Below, one piece after another: positions 17,272 through 26,999 of a stretch of 31,542 nt of DNA. The translations under genes and the position numbers were made by a program. Numbering within the stretch: position 1 is the stretch's first letter; every line of letters starts with the position of its first letter. Source of the stretch: a virus (Duplodnaviria > Caudoviricetes); the IMG/VR virus record IMGVR_UViG_3300025635_000106, positions 1-31,542 of that record, one strand, 5' to 3'. Under the pieces are notes generated by a model, which was not told where the DNA came from, ran no database searches, and saw nothing but the letters and a program-made list of their open reading frames with translations.

Positions 17272-17468
17272 TGAACAGAGAAGACGTTATTCGCATAGCA
17301 CTAGAAGTTGGCTTCTATGATGATGAAGTTAATAAATGTCAATTGATGCTTGAGCGATTTGCTTATCTGATTGCTCAACAAGAACGAGAGCGTATTGCTA
17401 AAAAAATAGAGCAATTACCTTTTGGTGATACTGCTGCTAGTTTTGGTGTTTATGTAAGAGAAGCATGA
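17271..17468 (+). CDS. Hypothetical phage protein
   Basis: MNREDVIRIA...LERFAYLI...ERERIAK pattern; SD GAGG. Confidence 0.65.
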   Translation: MNREDVIRIALEVGFYDDEVNKCQLMLERFAYLIAQQERERIAKKIEQLPFGDTAASFGVYVREA

Positions 17469-17490
17469 AGTCTTGCATTGAAAGGAAAAT

Positions 17491-17661
17491 ATGAGAGTAA
17501 GAATTAGACAAGATGTTGATGGGATGTGGATTGTTGAAAGTAAAAAATGGTATGAGTTTGAGTGGCGTTGTCAAAAATGTGTGCTTGGTGATGACGCAGA
17601 AAAGAGAGCATTGGAATATGCTCGTCTGCTGCTAAACCCTGTAATCATAGAAGTCACATGA
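17491..17661 (+). CDS. 56-aa hypothetical protein (not in ORF track)
   Basis: SD AAAGGA; MRVRIRQDVDGMWIVESKKWYEFEWRCQK...; ATGA overlap with next gene. Confidence 0.6.
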   Translation: MRVRIRQDVDGMWIVESKKWYEFEWRCQKCVLGDDAEKRALEYARLLLNPVIIEVT

Positions 17662-17915
17662 ATAACAGACCCAATAACAGGGAACGGCTGCACTTGGCAA
17701 AGATTAAAGAAATGTCTTGTGGGGTCTGTAACGCTTCTCCTCCAAGCGATGCACACCATATTGTTCAGCATAACCAATACTTATGTATTCCTTTATGTAA
17801 GGATTGCCATCAAGGGCCACATAATGGCATACATGGGTCAGCTAGGATATGGTCTGTGATGAAGTTGGATGAGATGAGTGTTTTGAATATGACGCTTGCA
17901 AAACTTTTTAATTAG
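17658..17915 (+). CDS. Zinc-binding HNH-like nuclease (Ref/DUF968-like)
   Basis: CGVC, DAHH, IPLCKDCHQG, GIH. Confidence 0.7.
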   Translation: MNNRPNNRERLHLAKIKEMSCGVCNASPPSDAHHIVQHNQYLCIPLCKDCHQGPHNGIHGSARIWSVMKLDEMSVLNMTLAKLFN

Positions 17916-17951
17916 CGCACAATGGACGCACTCAGTTGCCATTGAGACTTT

Positions 17952-17978
17952 AGAGGGACTTGTTCCCTCTTTTTTTTT
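17952..17978 (+). terminator. Rho-independent terminator ending the early/middle region
   Basis: AGAGGGA-cttgt-TCCCTCT followed by T8. Confidence 0.85.
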
Positions 17979-18011
17979 GTGAGATAATAAATAAACTCCA
18001 TAGGGATAACC

Positions 18012-18518
18012 ATGTCTGGTTTACTTGAGCCATCCGTAAAAATTGAGATTGAGATACAAAGCCAAGAGAAAAAAGGCGAAGCGTGTCCAGTTGCCACAGG
18101 TGACGTAGAAATCAATCTTGAGTGTCGTCAGAAAGCCATTGACAAGGCTAACTATGGCCCAATGAATCCCAATGAGCCAAGCATGGAATACTGGCGTGAT
18201 ATTTCTAAGGCTTGGAGAATCTCACCTGCACAGGCTAAAAAGTCTCGTTGCGGTAACTGCGCTGCTTTCATTCAAACCCCTAAGATGCTTGCTTGCATTG
18301 AATCAGGTTTAGAGATGAATGGCACAGAGATGGATGCTTGGGAAGTCATTGATGCTGGCGACTTAGGCTATTGCGAAGTGTTTGATTTTAAGTGTGCTTC
18401 CAAGAGGACTTGTGAAGCATGGATTAGTGGTGGGCCTATAACCGAGGATGAATATGATGGGAACGACAAATCAGCAGGCGATGGAAATGATGCAGAAACT
18501 TATGCAGAAGAAGACTAA
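18012..18518 (+). CDS. Cys-rich hypothetical protein (possible metal/FeS binding)
   Basis: RCGNCAAF...GYCEVFDFKCASKRTCEAW. Confidence 0.6.
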   Translation: MSGLLEPSVKIEIEIQSQEKKGEACPVATGDVEINLECRQKAIDKANYGPMNPNEPSMEYWRDISKAWRISPAQAKKSRCGNCAAFIQTPKMLACIESGLEMNGTEMDAWEVIDAGDLGYCEVFDFKCASKRTCEAWISGGPITEDEYDGNDKSAGDGNDAETYAEED

Positions 18519-18591
18519 ACCTGCATCTAAGCCTATGCCTATGCGTGGAGAGCGTACAGCTAAAAACGCATCAAAGAAAGCTAAAAAATGA
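18454..18591 (+). CDS. 45-aa basic Met/Lys-rich protein (not in ORF track)
   Basis: GAGGA upstream; MMGTTNQQAMEMMQKLMQKKTKPASKPMPMRGERTAKNASKKAKK. Confidence 0.5.
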   Translation: MMGTTNQQAMEMMQKLMQKKTKPASKPMPMRGERTAKNASKKAKK

Positions 18592-18746
18592 TGGGCTTGT
18601 ACGCAAATATCGCTGCGAAGAAAAAACGCATCGAATCACAAAAGGCTGCTGGCAAGACCCCAGAGCGTATGCGTAAAGTAGGTAGCAAGGGTGCGCCTAC
18701 TGCTGATGCTTTTAAACAAGCAGCTAAGACTGCTAAGAAGAAATGA
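18588..18746 (+). CDS. 52-aa basic protein (not in ORF track)
   Basis: MMGLYANIAAKKKRIESQKAAGKTPERMRKVGSKGAPTADAFKQAAKTAKKK; ATGA overlaps at both ends. Confidence 0.65.
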   Translation: MMGLYANIAAKKKRIESQKAAGKTPERMRKVGSKGAPTADAFKQAAKTAKKK

Positions 18747-18994
18747 TTAAACGAGGTTCTGAGCAGTTTTCTGGCTATAACAAGCCCAAAGCTACTCCTA
18801 ACCATCCCACTAAGTCTCATGCTGTATTGGCTAAGTCTGGTGAGGATGTAAAGCTAATTCGTTTTGGTCAACAAGGGGCTAAAGGCTCACCTGATGGCAC
18901 GAAGCGTAACGATGCGTTTAAGGCTCGTCACGCTGAGAATATTGCCAAGGGTAAGATGAGTGCAGCGTATTGGGCTAACAAGGTAAAGTGGTAA
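18743..18994 (+). CDS. Small basic phage protein
   Basis: KLIRFGQQG...FKARH...SAAYWA motifs. Confidence 0.7.
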   Translation: MIKRGSEQFSGYNKPKATPNHPTKSHAVLAKSGEDVKLIRFGQQGAKGSPDGTKRNDAFKARHAENIAKGKMSAAYWANKVKW

Positions 18995-18996
18995 TC

Positions 18997-21123
18997 ATGG
19001 CAGATTTAGGTGCAGCATTTGGATTTTATCCACAGTTAAACAGGCGCAGACAGGGTAGCCCTGCTGATTCTGCTAATCTGCCTGTTGACGTTCTCAGGGG
19101 ACGTTTAGCGGGTTTGCTAGGCTTACCTGCTGACATAGCTAATTTACTTAGGTCACCAAGCCCCACAGAGATGTTTGGGGATACCAGCTATGAAGCACCA
19201 GCGCAGTTTCCTTACACAACAGAGAAGTTCTTAAAAGATTTACCACTTGCCCCTACGTCAAGAGTTGGTCAGGTAGCAGGTCAAGCAGCGTCATTTGTTC
19301 CGCTAAATCCAATGCCAGCCGTTAGGGGTGTGCAAAAGGTAGGACAAGTAGTAGGCGAAGAACTGGCTGCTACGATGATGGGTCAGCGTCCTAACAGCAT
19401 GATGAGCAAGGTAGTTCCACAGCCATTGTTTGCTGTTGCCCCAGAGCAAGGATTGTTATCTACTAAGGTAGAGCCTATTGAAAGCCTATTGCAGACTAAG
19501 CCACAAGCACCAGTTTCTGACATTGGTTTCTATTCAGCTACTGAGCAAGCAGCGTTGAACTTAGGCAGAAATAAGGGAACTGGTCAGTCTTTCATTAACG
19601 ACTTGATGAAAGCACCTGATGTTAAGAAGGAAGAACTGGCTTATACAGGGTTAGATGATTTCCTGAGAGACAAGCCTAATGTTACTAAACAAGAAGTTCA
19701 AGACTTTTTGGCTAACAATCGTGTTGAAGTTCAAGAAGTAACTTATGGCAAACAAGACTTTTCTAAATTACCAGATACACAATTACAAGATGAATATGTA
19801 AGAGTTAGAGGCTATAAGCCAGTAGATAATTATGGTGACGCAATGTCACGAGAAGAAATAATAAGTGAATTATCAGGCGCAATGGGAACAGATTTAACTC
19901 AATATGGAAAATATCAATTAGCGGGTGGTGAAAACTATCGTGAGATATTATTAAAATTACCAGAGGCAAAACCAAGCCCTTCAATAGAAATACAAAAACA
20001 AAACAGACGTTTAGAAATTACAAGAGAACTTCAAGATGATTTTTCAATGAGTGGCGATTTTGAAAGGGCGGCTAAATTAAAAGCTAAAGCTGATGCCATT
20101 GAAGAATCTATTAAAGAATTAGAAAAATTGCCTATTCCAAAACAAACAGAAAATTATCAATCTTCTCACTTTGACCAACCAAACATCCTAGCCCACATGA
20201 GGGTTAATGACCGAGTAGATGCTGATGGTAAAAAGATGCTATTGGTTGAGGAAATTCAATCTGATTGGCATCAGGCTGGTAGGGAGAGGGGTTACAAAAC
20301 CAAAGAAAGTTTGGAAAAATGGTATAGCCAAAACAAACTTGATGATGACCCATCTTTTGCTGACTTAAATAGTGAGCAAAGAAGCGTTATTGAGCGTAAT
20401 AGAAGTGCTGGAATGGGTGGTGATAATGCAGTACCAGACGCACCATTTAAAGACACATGGTATCAACTAGCATTAAAGCGACTAACCAAGTACGCTGCCG
20501 AAAATGGCTATGAGCGTATAGGCTTGACTACTGGTAAACAACAAGCAGGTAGATATAAGTTAAGTAATGAAGTTGATGAAATAAATGTAATTGGCAGAAC
20601 TAATATGGCTACTGGTGAAAAATCAAAATCAGTTGCTTTAGATATGAAATCTGGTCAATCTTTACGGATTGGTGTTAACAATGATGGAATTGTTGACAAT
20701 GTAAGCGATGAAAGCATTAAGAATTTCATGGGCAAAAATCTTTCTGAAGTTGTAGGTAAAGACATAGCTAAAGAAATTATGCTTAACAATAAAAAAACCA
20801 TTAGTGGCGAAGGTTTAGATATTGGTGGCGAAGGAATGAAGAAATACTATGACGAGATTTATCCTAAGTTCTTGGATAAGTACGGCAAAAAGTATGGCGC
20901 AAGCGTAGGTGAGACACAGATAACAACAGATTACGCTAGGGATGCAAGTGGGATTCCTGCTCAGCGTCCATCAAAAGAAACAATCCGTTATCTGGACATT
21001 ACTCCTCAAATGAAAGAGGGAACATCTAAGGGTCAACCCTTATTTGCTGCTACTCCATTACTACCAGCAACAAGCCTACTAGACGAAGAAAAGCGCAAAG
21101 AAATTACAAGTCTGTTAGAATAA
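18997..21123 (+). CDS. Large uncharacterised protein with EEIQSDW domain (polyvalent/virion-protein-like)
   Basis: GFYS, VKKEEL, NYREILL, SSHF...LAHMR, LVEEIQSDWHQ, PDAPFK, GMKKYYD motifs; probable ATG 18997. Confidence 0.6.
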   Translation: MADLGAAFGFYPQLNRRRQGSPADSANLPVDVLRGRLAGLLGLPADIANLLRSPSPTEMFGDTSYEAPAQFPYTTEKFLKDLPLAPTSRVGQVAGQAASFVPLNPMPAVRGVQKVGQVVGEELAATMMGQRPNSMMSKVVPQPLFAVAPEQGLLSTKVEPIESLLQTKPQAPVSDIGFYSATEQAALNLGRNKGTGQSFINDLMKAPDVKKEELAYTGLDDFLRDKPNVTKQEVQDFLANNRVEVQEVTYGKQDFSKLPDTQLQDEYVRVRGYKPVDNYGDAMSREEIISELSGAMGTDLTQYGKYQLAGGENYREILLKLPEAKPSPSIEIQKQNRRLEITRELQDDFSMSGDFERAAKLKAKADAIEESIKELEKLPIPKQTENYQSSHFDQPNILAHMRVNDRVDADGKKMLLVEEIQSDWHQAGRERGYKTKESLEKWYSQNKLDDDPSFADLNSEQRSVIERNRSAGMGGDNAVPDAPFKDTWYQLALKRLTKYAAENGYERIGLTTGKQQAGRYKLSNEVDEINVIGRTNMATGEKSKSVALDMKSGQSLRIGVNNDGIVDNVSDESIKNFMGKNLSEVVGKDIAKEIMLNNKKTISGEGLDIGGEGMKKYYDEIYPKFLDKYGKKYGASVGETQITTDYARDASGIPAQRPSKETIRYLDITPQMKEGTSKGQPLFAATPLLPATSLLDEEKRKEITSLLE

Positions 21124-21165
21124 AGTATTACTTAACCTTGACCAACCCTAGAGGAGTCAAACAAA

Positions 21166-21408
21166 ATGGCACAAGTCGGAAGACCAATAAACAAACTTCA
21201 TCAGGAAGATGTACGCAAAAAGATACAAGTAAGTCAATTACTAAATGTTTTGCAAAATCATGCACTTGGTGAAACTGAGGAACTTAGTCCTACAAGGATG
21301 AAGGCTATTGAGATACTATTGCGTAAATCAATGCCTGACATGGCTTCAGTTACCATAAGTGGCGACTCAGACCAACCACTTCAGCACATCGTTACATGGG
21401 CGAAGTAA
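21166..21408 (+). CDS. terS: Terminase small subunit (putative)
   Basis: Directly upstream of and overlapping terL; SD GAGGAG; KAIEILLRKSMPD. Confidence 0.65.
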   Translation: MAQVGRPINKLHQEDVRKKIQVSQLLNVLQNHALGETEELSPTRMKAIEILLRKSMPDMASVTISGDSDQPLQHIVTWAK

Positions 21409-22658
21409 TCGAAATTCCCTATAAGCCAAGGGAACACCAACTAAAGGTTCACGAGTTACTGGAAGGCAAACGCTTTGCAGTAGTAGTTGCACATCGTAGG
21501 TTTGGTAAGACTGTTGCAGCACTTAACCACTTAATTCGTGAGGCGGTGCTAAACGAGAAAGAAACACCCAGATACGCTTACATTGCGCCTACCTATGGAC
21601 AAGCAAAGCGTGTGGCTTGGGACTATCTCGTTAAATACACTACTCCGCTAGGCGGTACTAACAACATCTCAGAGTTGCGAGTTGACTTCTGGGGTAGGCG
21701 TATCCAGTTGTACGGCTCAGACAATCCTGATTCCCTCCGAGGTCAATTTTTCGATGGGGTCATCATCGATGAGGTGGGTGACCAGAATCCTAAGATATGG
21801 ACTGACATTGTGAGGCCCGCCTTGACTGACCGCAAAGGATGGTGCTTATTCATTGGTACGCCAAAGGGACACAACCACTTCAAAGAACTGCGAGACAGGG
21901 CAGAGAAAGAAGAAGGATGGGGTTTGCTAGAGTTCAAAGCCTCTGAGACAGGGGTGGTTGACGATATAGAACTGAAGCAAGCCAAGAATGAGATGGGTGA
22001 GGATAAGTACCGCCAAGAGTTTGAATGTAGCTTTGACGCTGCTGTAGAGGGTTCTTACTTTGGTCAAATCCTAAATGAACTGGAAGAAAAGAAGCATATG
22101 CAAGAGATTCCCAGAGAGGAACTGAGCAGAACATTTACTGCTTGGGACTTGGGAATGGGGGACTCTACGTCTATCTGGGTGGCTCAGTTAGTGGGTACTG
22201 AGGTGCGTCTGATTGACTACTACGAGAATCACGGAGTAGGCTTAGACCACTATGTGAAGTGGATTAAGGACAACGACTATCTCAAAGCAGAGCATATTCT
22301 TCCGCATGACGTTAGGGTTAGGGAATTAGGCACAGGTAAGAGCAGAATGGAAATGCTTGAGGAAGCTGGATTAGAGGTAAAGATTGCACCCAGAATGGGA
22401 CTAGATGATGGCATCCAAGCAGTAAGACGATTGCTGCCAAGGTGCTGGTTTAACGTGCCAAAGGTGCAAACAGGATTGAATTGCCTGAGAAACTACCGCA
22501 GAGACTACGATGAGAAGCGTAAGATATTCTATGAAAGACCACTACACGATTGGTCAAGTCATGGCTCTGATTCGTTCCGTTACTTAGCCCTTGGATTGGA
22601 TGAGGGGCATTCAACGTGGTCTAAGCCGATTAACCAAACTCCGAAATGGATTGTCTGA
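21396..22658 (+). CDS. terL: Terminase large subunit
   Basis: AHRRFGKT, GVIIDE, IGTPKG, nuclease AWDLG and SHGSDSFRY. Confidence 0.95.
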   Translation: MGEVIEIPYKPREHQLKVHELLEGKRFAVVVAHRRFGKTVAALNHLIREAVLNEKETPRYAYIAPTYGQAKRVAWDYLVKYTTPLGGTNNISELRVDFWGRRIQLYGSDNPDSLRGQFFDGVIIDEVGDQNPKIWTDIVRPALTDRKGWCLFIGTPKGHNHFKELRDRAEKEEGWGLLEFKASETGVVDDIELKQAKNEMGEDKYRQEFECSFDAAVEGSYFGQILNELEEKKHMQEIPREELSRTFTAWDLGMGDSTSIWVAQLVGTEVRLIDYYENHGVGLDHYVKWIKDNDYLKAEHILPHDVRVRELGTGKSRMEMLEEAGLEVKIAPRMGLDDGIQAVRRLLPRCWFNVPKVQTGLNCLRNYRRDYDEKRKIFYERPLHDWSSHGSDSFRYLALGLDEGHSTWSKPINQTPKWIV

Positions 22659-22837
22659 TGTATGTGCAAATGCAAGGTGTAAATTTAGCACCTAAAGTAA
22701 AAGAACTTGAAAAGCGTATCGAAATGCTTGAAAATATGGTAAAAGAGTTACAATTGGATAAACCCAGAATGGGACGCCCTCCAAAGGACAAGCATGGCAC
22801 AGAACGAGTTAATGTCGATAATCCAAGCAGAGATTGA
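22658..22837 (+). CDS. Small coiled-coil protein
   Basis: TGATG overlap with terL; ELEKRIEMLE; GRPPK. Confidence 0.5.
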   Translation: MYVQMQGVNLAPKVKELEKRIEMLENMVKELQLDKPRMGRPPKDKHGTERVNVDNPSRD

Positions 22838-24926
22838 CGATGCAATTGGATTTATTGAAAGCGAAACTGTTGAGCAGCGCAAACAGGCTCTGGAGGCTTA
22901 TCTACGACAGCCATATGGTAATGAAGTTGAGGGTAAATCTCAAATCGTTACTGGAGAAGTGGCAGAAGCGATAGATGGTGCGCTACCTAGCTTAGTTCGT
23001 ATCTTTACAGGCTCAGACAATATCGTAGTCTTTGAGCCACAAGGCCCGAAAGATGAAGCCTCTGCAAAACAGGCCACAGACTACTGTAATTGGGTTTTCA
23101 ATCGTGATAACGCTGGTGTAGCTATTCTGCATGATTGGTTCAAAGATGCTTTGATGCAAAAGAACGGCATCGTTAAAGCGTATTGGGAAGATAAAGAAGA
23201 CATTACTAAAGAGCGTTACTTTGACTTGTCTAACGATGAGTTAGCAATGCTGATGAGTGATGAGACTATGGAGATTGTCGAACAAGATACGACAGAGTTT
23301 CCAATATTTGACCCAATGGGACAGCCAGTTATAGACCCTATGGGTATGCCTGTGATGGGTGCTACACACAATGTTGTGGTGCAGCAAAAGAAAAAGTCAG
23401 GCAAAGTAACGATTGAGAACGTACCCCCAGAGGAGTTCTTGATTAGCAAAAAGGCTAGAACTATTGCTGATTCACCTTTCGTAGCCCACAGGCAGATGTT
23501 GACTCGTAGCACGTTGGTTGCTATGGGCTTTAACAAGAAGCAGATTGAAGGCTTGCAGATGGGTGATGCACTAGCGTACACACCAGAGCGTGTGGCTCGT
23601 TACTCTGCTGGTGAGCAACCTTACCAAGTTCAGACAGATGACCCCTCAATGCAAGAGATTGAAGTCTTTGAGTGCTATGTCAAAACTGATATAGATGGCA
23701 AAGGCATTGCTTCATTGGTTCAAGTGTTCTACGCTTCTAATGAGATTCTTGAAGACGAAAAAGGTAAGGAAATGGTTGAGGAAGTGGACTATGTTCCTTT
23801 TCACTCAATCTGTCCTATCCCAATTCCGCACAAGTTCTTTGGTAACTCGTTAGCTGACAGAACAGTTGACCTACAGTTAATCAAGACCACTATCACTCGT
23901 CAGATGTTGGATAACTTATATCTGACAAACAATGCTCGTGTGGTTGCTGTGGAAGGTCAAGTAAACCTTGATGACTTGCTGACTTCTACTGCTGGTGGTG
24001 TTATTCGTGCTAAGTCACAAGGTGCTGTTCAACAGTTGGTTGTTCAGAACGTGGCTAATCAGGCTTTCCCAATGCTTCAGTATCTGGACACAGTACAGTC
24101 TAAACGTACTGGTGTATCTGATGCTTCACAGGGCTTAGACCCTGCTATCTTGCAGAACGTGACTGCTGCTGCGGTTGCCTCAATGCAACAAGCTGGCGCA
24201 GGTAAGATTGAACTGATGGCTCGAATCTTTGCTGAGACAGGTGTTAAGTCTTTGTTCCAAGGCATCTTGCACTTGCTCTGTAAGTATCAGGACAAGGCTC
24301 GTGTTGTGCGTATGCGTGGTGAGTTCGTAGAGTTTGACCCTAGAACATGGGCTAACCAATATGATGTGTCTATCAATGTAGGTTTGGGTGCTGGCAATCG
24401 TCAAGAGCAGATGGCTATGTTGTCGATGGTTCTTGCTAAACAAGAGCAGTTGATTGCTCAGTACGGCCCTGCTAATCCTTACGTTTCACCTGCTCAGTAT
24501 CGTGGCACGTTGGGACGCATGGTTGAGATTGCTGGCTTTAAAGATAGTGCTGAGTTCTACAAAGCGATTACGCCAGAGCAAGACCAAGCGTTGAGCAATC
24601 CTCCTCCACAGCAACAGCAGATGCCTCCAGAGGTTCAAGCATTGATGGCTAAGACTCAAGCTGAGATACAAGCCAACCAAGCTAAAGCACAAGCTGACTT
24701 GCAGATGCAACAACAGCAGATGCAGATTGATATGCAGATGGCTGAACAGAAGGCTGCTCTTGAAATGCAATTGATGCGTGAGAAAGAGATGGCTAAGTTG
24801 CAATTAGAGCGTGAGAAACAACAGGCTTACTTCGCATTGAAGCAACAAGAGTTTGAAGCAGAAGCCCAATTGAAAGCAATGAAGATTGGTGCTGGCATTA
24901 CATCCAACGTAGAGATTAGAGGTTAA
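22794..24926 (+). CDS. Portal protein with long Gln-rich C-terminal helix
   Basis: Follows terL; 710 aa; WFKDAL..KNGIVK, VPPEEF, TGVSDASQG. Confidence 0.9.
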   Translation: MAQNELMSIIQAEIDDAIGFIESETVEQRKQALEAYLRQPYGNEVEGKSQIVTGEVAEAIDGALPSLVRIFTGSDNIVVFEPQGPKDEASAKQATDYCNWVFNRDNAGVAILHDWFKDALMQKNGIVKAYWEDKEDITKERYFDLSNDELAMLMSDETMEIVEQDTTEFPIFDPMGQPVIDPMGMPVMGATHNVVVQQKKKSGKVTIENVPPEEFLISKKARTIADSPFVAHRQMLTRSTLVAMGFNKKQIEGLQMGDALAYTPERVARYSAGEQPYQVQTDDPSMQEIEVFECYVKTDIDGKGIASLVQVFYASNEILEDEKGKEMVEEVDYVPFHSICPIPIPHKFFGNSLADRTVDLQLIKTTITRQMLDNLYLTNNARVVAVEGQVNLDDLLTSTAGGVIRAKSQGAVQQLVVQNVANQAFPMLQYLDTVQSKRTGVSDASQGLDPAILQNVTAAAVASMQQAGAGKIELMARIFAETGVKSLFQGILHLLCKYQDKARVVRMRGEFVEFDPRTWANQYDVSINVGLGAGNRQEQMAMLSMVLAKQEQLIAQYGPANPYVSPAQYRGTLGRMVEIAGFKDSAEFYKAITPEQDQALSNPPPQQQQMPPEVQALMAKTQAEIQANQAKAQADLQMQQQQMQIDMQMAEQKAALEMQLMREKEMAKLQLEREKQQAYFALKQQEFEAEAQLKAMKIGAGITSNVEIRG

Positions 24927-24928
24927 TC

Positions 24929-25906
24929 ATGGCTACACAAGCAGAACTAACACAGGCTTTAGTTAATCTTTTACAGACTGACCCTAACGCTGCTTATGGC
25001 GATATTGTCAAAGCTGCTTCTGCGTATGGCATTACGCCAGCACAAGTACAGGCTACATTTGCAACATTGCCAGCAGGTAACGATAGGACTGCTGTACCTG
25101 ATTACACACCAGCGCAAACAGCTACGATTAACAATGCTATTAACTCTACAGACCCTATTGCACAGGCTTGGGGTAGAGCAGAGCAAACTGGCGATTATGG
25201 TCAGATTGCAGAGTTGGTTAAAGGAATCCCTGCGCCTACATTGTTGTCTAAGTATGGTTTGACAAACAAAGACATTAGTTATATCTACTCTCGTCCTACA
25301 GTAACAGACCCATTGTCAACGGCATGGATTAACGCTGAGAAAACAGGCGACTACACAGGGATTGCTGGTTTGCTAAATGGCATTTCTGCTGACCAACTAA
25401 AGTCAACATATAACCTTGGTCAAGCAGATATTGATTACATTGCTTCTCGTAATGGTATTGCAGGTAAGTTGCCAGCAAACTGGACAGGTATGCCAATTAA
25501 AAAAGTGGGTACTGATACAACTACTATTACTGGTACACCTATTCAACAAACAGCACCAGTTGGTCAATTCCGTGAGTTGTTCCCATCGTTTGCAGAATCC
25601 AAGCGTTTAGCGGGTGAGATGGTTGCTAATCGTCCCACTACGCAAAGCATTGTGAATATGATTTCAAGACCACAAGACCCTAACCTGATTTCTGCTTATC
25701 AAGCTGCTGAGAAGTCAGGCAACTATGGTGATGTGGCAAACATGATTCAAGGGATGCCAATGGGTAACATTCAATCTACTTATGGATTGTCTAATGCTGA
25801 TATGCAATACATTATGAGCAGACCAGAAATTGCTGCTTCATTGAATAAAACAGGAACAACTGCTGCGCCTAATTTAAGCAATGTCTTGAGCATGATTTCT
25901 AAGTGA
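24929..25906 (+). CDS. Hypothetical protein with three ~50-aa internal repeats
   Basis: DP...A(W/Y)..AE.(T/S)G(D/N)Y...A....G........Y.L...D..YI.SR three times. Confidence 0.65.
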   Translation: MATQAELTQALVNLLQTDPNAAYGDIVKAASAYGITPAQVQATFATLPAGNDRTAVPDYTPAQTATINNAINSTDPIAQAWGRAEQTGDYGQIAELVKGIPAPTLLSKYGLTNKDISYIYSRPTVTDPLSTAWINAEKTGDYTGIAGLLNGISADQLKSTYNLGQADIDYIASRNGIAGKLPANWTGMPIKKVGTDTTTITGTPIQQTAPVGQFRELFPSFAESKRLAGEMVANRPTTQSIVNMISRPQDPNLISAYQAAEKSGNYGDVANMIQGMPMGNIQSTYGLSNADMQYIMSRPEIAASLNKTGTTAAPNLSNVLSMISK

Positions 25907-25913
25907 GAACAGA

Positions 25914-26999
25914 ATGAACTATCAAGAACTGCGTAGTCTTGTTGGTGGTGCTAGTCCACAAAGTGCTAGTTATCAAGATATTATTTCTGGTATCCAAAGC
26001 CAGTACACACCACAGACGCAGTTTGCGCCTACACGTTCATTGCTAGATACATTGGGTGAGCAGTTGCCTGACCAACCTAGAATTGCTTATGGCTCGTTGC
26101 TACAGGCTCAACCTAGAAAACTGCCTATACCAATGGCAGCAGTTTCAATTAAGAATCCAGATGCAGCAGCAAGCGTAGATTCTGGCGTTATTAACCTTGG
26201 TGCTAATACTGCAAACACAGGGTTAGGCGGTGGTCAAGATTTAAGCAAAACACTTGTTTATAACAATGACTTTACTAATGTTGGTGGCACTACAGGCGGT
26301 ACATCTGGAGTAAACACAGGATTGTTTGGCACTAATGTCACAGGAACAGATGTAGCCAATGTTGCAGGGACAATAGCACCGATAGCTGCTTTAGCGGGTA
26401 ACTCAGACCTAGTTAAAACAGCGATTGCACTAAACCTAATTGGTTCTGCTGCTGACATTAAGACAGACCAAGATGTAATTAACTTGGGTACAAAGATAGC
26501 GATGTTGGCGGCAGGGCCAGCAGGTAACGTTTTAGCCGCAGGGCTTGGTGTAGCTACAGACAATACACCTTTGACAGTTAACGCTTTGCTTGGACTGACA
26601 AACCCAACCCTAAGTCTTGTTAATAGCATTGCAGGTAACCTAACTGGTTACAGTCTAGGCGACATTGTTAATGGCTTGCTAAACGCACCAGAAGGCTCTG
26701 TTTCTGAGTATGGTCTATTGGGTGCTGCTAACCTAGCAAATACTGCTGACGCAAGCAGAAGAAGGGCAGCGGCTGCCTATGACAGCATGGATGCAAACAC
26801 TTTAAGGGTGCTTGCTGAACTTGGTGACCAAGAGGCTATTGCCACAATTAGGTCTATGTCTAGTGGTAGTAGTTCTACCTATAACCCAATAAGTGACTTA
26901 TCTACTGCTAGGGGTAACAGTTACTTTAACTTGTTTACTCCAGTTGGCGGTGTAGCAAAACCCAACCCAACTATAACGAGGGCTATCCTTGCTGAATAA
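25914..26999 (+). CDS. Gly/Ala/Thr-rich hypothetical protein
   Basis: 361-aa ORF with hydrophobic glycine-zipper-like middle. Confidence 0.6.
   Translation: MNYQELRSLVGGASPQSASYQDIISGIQSQYTPQTQFAPTRSLLDTLGEQLPDQPRIAYGSLLQAQPRKLPIPMAAVSIKNPDAAASVDSGVINLGANTANTGLGGGQDLSKTLVYNNDFTNVGGTTGGTSGVNTGLFGTNVTGTDVANVAGTIAPIAALAGNSDLVKTAIALNLIGSAADIKTDQDVINLGTKIAMLAAGPAGNVLAAGLGVATDNTPLTVNALLGLTNPTLSLVNSIAGNLTGYSLGDIVNGLLNAPEGSVSEYGLLGAANLANTADASRRRAAAAYDSMDANTLRVLAELGDQEAIATIRSMSSGSSSTYNPISDLSTARGNSYFNLFTPVGGVAKPNPTITRAILAE

Noticed and set aside
17658-17915. Free-standing homing endonuclease serving the intron
   Set aside because: Short Ref/DUF968-like protein in an ordinary position, about 10 kb from the intron; no supporting link
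21396-24926. Intein or intron in terminase or portal
   Set aside because: Both ORFs are continuous, of normal length and lack splicing motifs
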